Of a stretch of DNA of 64,000 nt, positions 63,950 to 64,000 are shown one piece after another. The DNA is from Waterburya sp. (lineage in GTDB: Bacteria > Cyanobacteriota > Cyanobacteriia > Cyanobacteriales > Xenococcaceae): assembly GCA_965217895.1 (NCBI GenBank), contig CBDCJV010000002.1, positions 1,504,001 through 1,568,000 on the forward strand. Direction: 5' to 3'. The notes beneath the pieces were generated by a model that saw only the letters and a list, made by a program, of their open reading frames with translations, was not told where the DNA came from and made no database searches. The position numbers and the translations under genes were made by a program. Position 1 is the stretch's first letter. Every line of letters begins with the position of its first letter.

Positions 63950-63974
63950 GGGCGAACGGCCGTTCGCCCGTACA
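63950..63974. repeat. REP-like palindrome
   Basis: GGGCGAACGG/CCGTTCGCCC perfect 20-bp palindrome followed by GTACA. Confidence 0.8.
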
Positions 63975-64000
63975 TAAGAAGTAGTATTATCCTTTTAAAA

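Overview
This is a 64-kb chromosomal window from an AT-rich cyanobacterium. The evidence is psaF-psaJ, ndhH, ndhQ, sufR-sufB, sipA, spkA, crtH and very frequent HIP1 GCGATCGC octamers; a Pleurocapsales-like origin is only an inference from the repeat types. Most of the window is housekeeping: the end of a polysaccharide cluster, acs, crtH, panD, ubiA, ndk, rph, speE, hisH, ygfZ, treZ-treY, tRNA-Tyr, ndhH, a pyrC-like gene, purA, rplY, hemL, hspA, sufR/sufB, tsaD, psaFJ, larB, ispE, an ABC transporter, anmK, spkA and sipA. Accessory material includes a ~3.2-kb stretch of decayed fragments (7.3-10.5 kb): IS1634 and IS630 relics, decayed toxin-antitoxin pieces and a rimK stub around one intact AbrB-VapC pair. 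There are also two intact TA pairs after psaJ, two Uma2 genes, a truncated AraC gene, REP/MITE-like repeats and heptamer repeats. Four small genes missing from the ORF track were read manually: ndhQ, psaJ, a 55-aa coiled-coil ORF and a 39-aa membrane peptide. I found no CRISPR array, prophage or recognisable defence operon. The best candidate for an undescribed system is a HIP1-bracketed, translationally coupled pair of unknown helical proteins (32954-33462) organised like a TA module. An MshEN-like/pentapeptide fusion and a membrane-anchored receiver protein come next. All assignments come from motif recognition and none were confirmed by database search.
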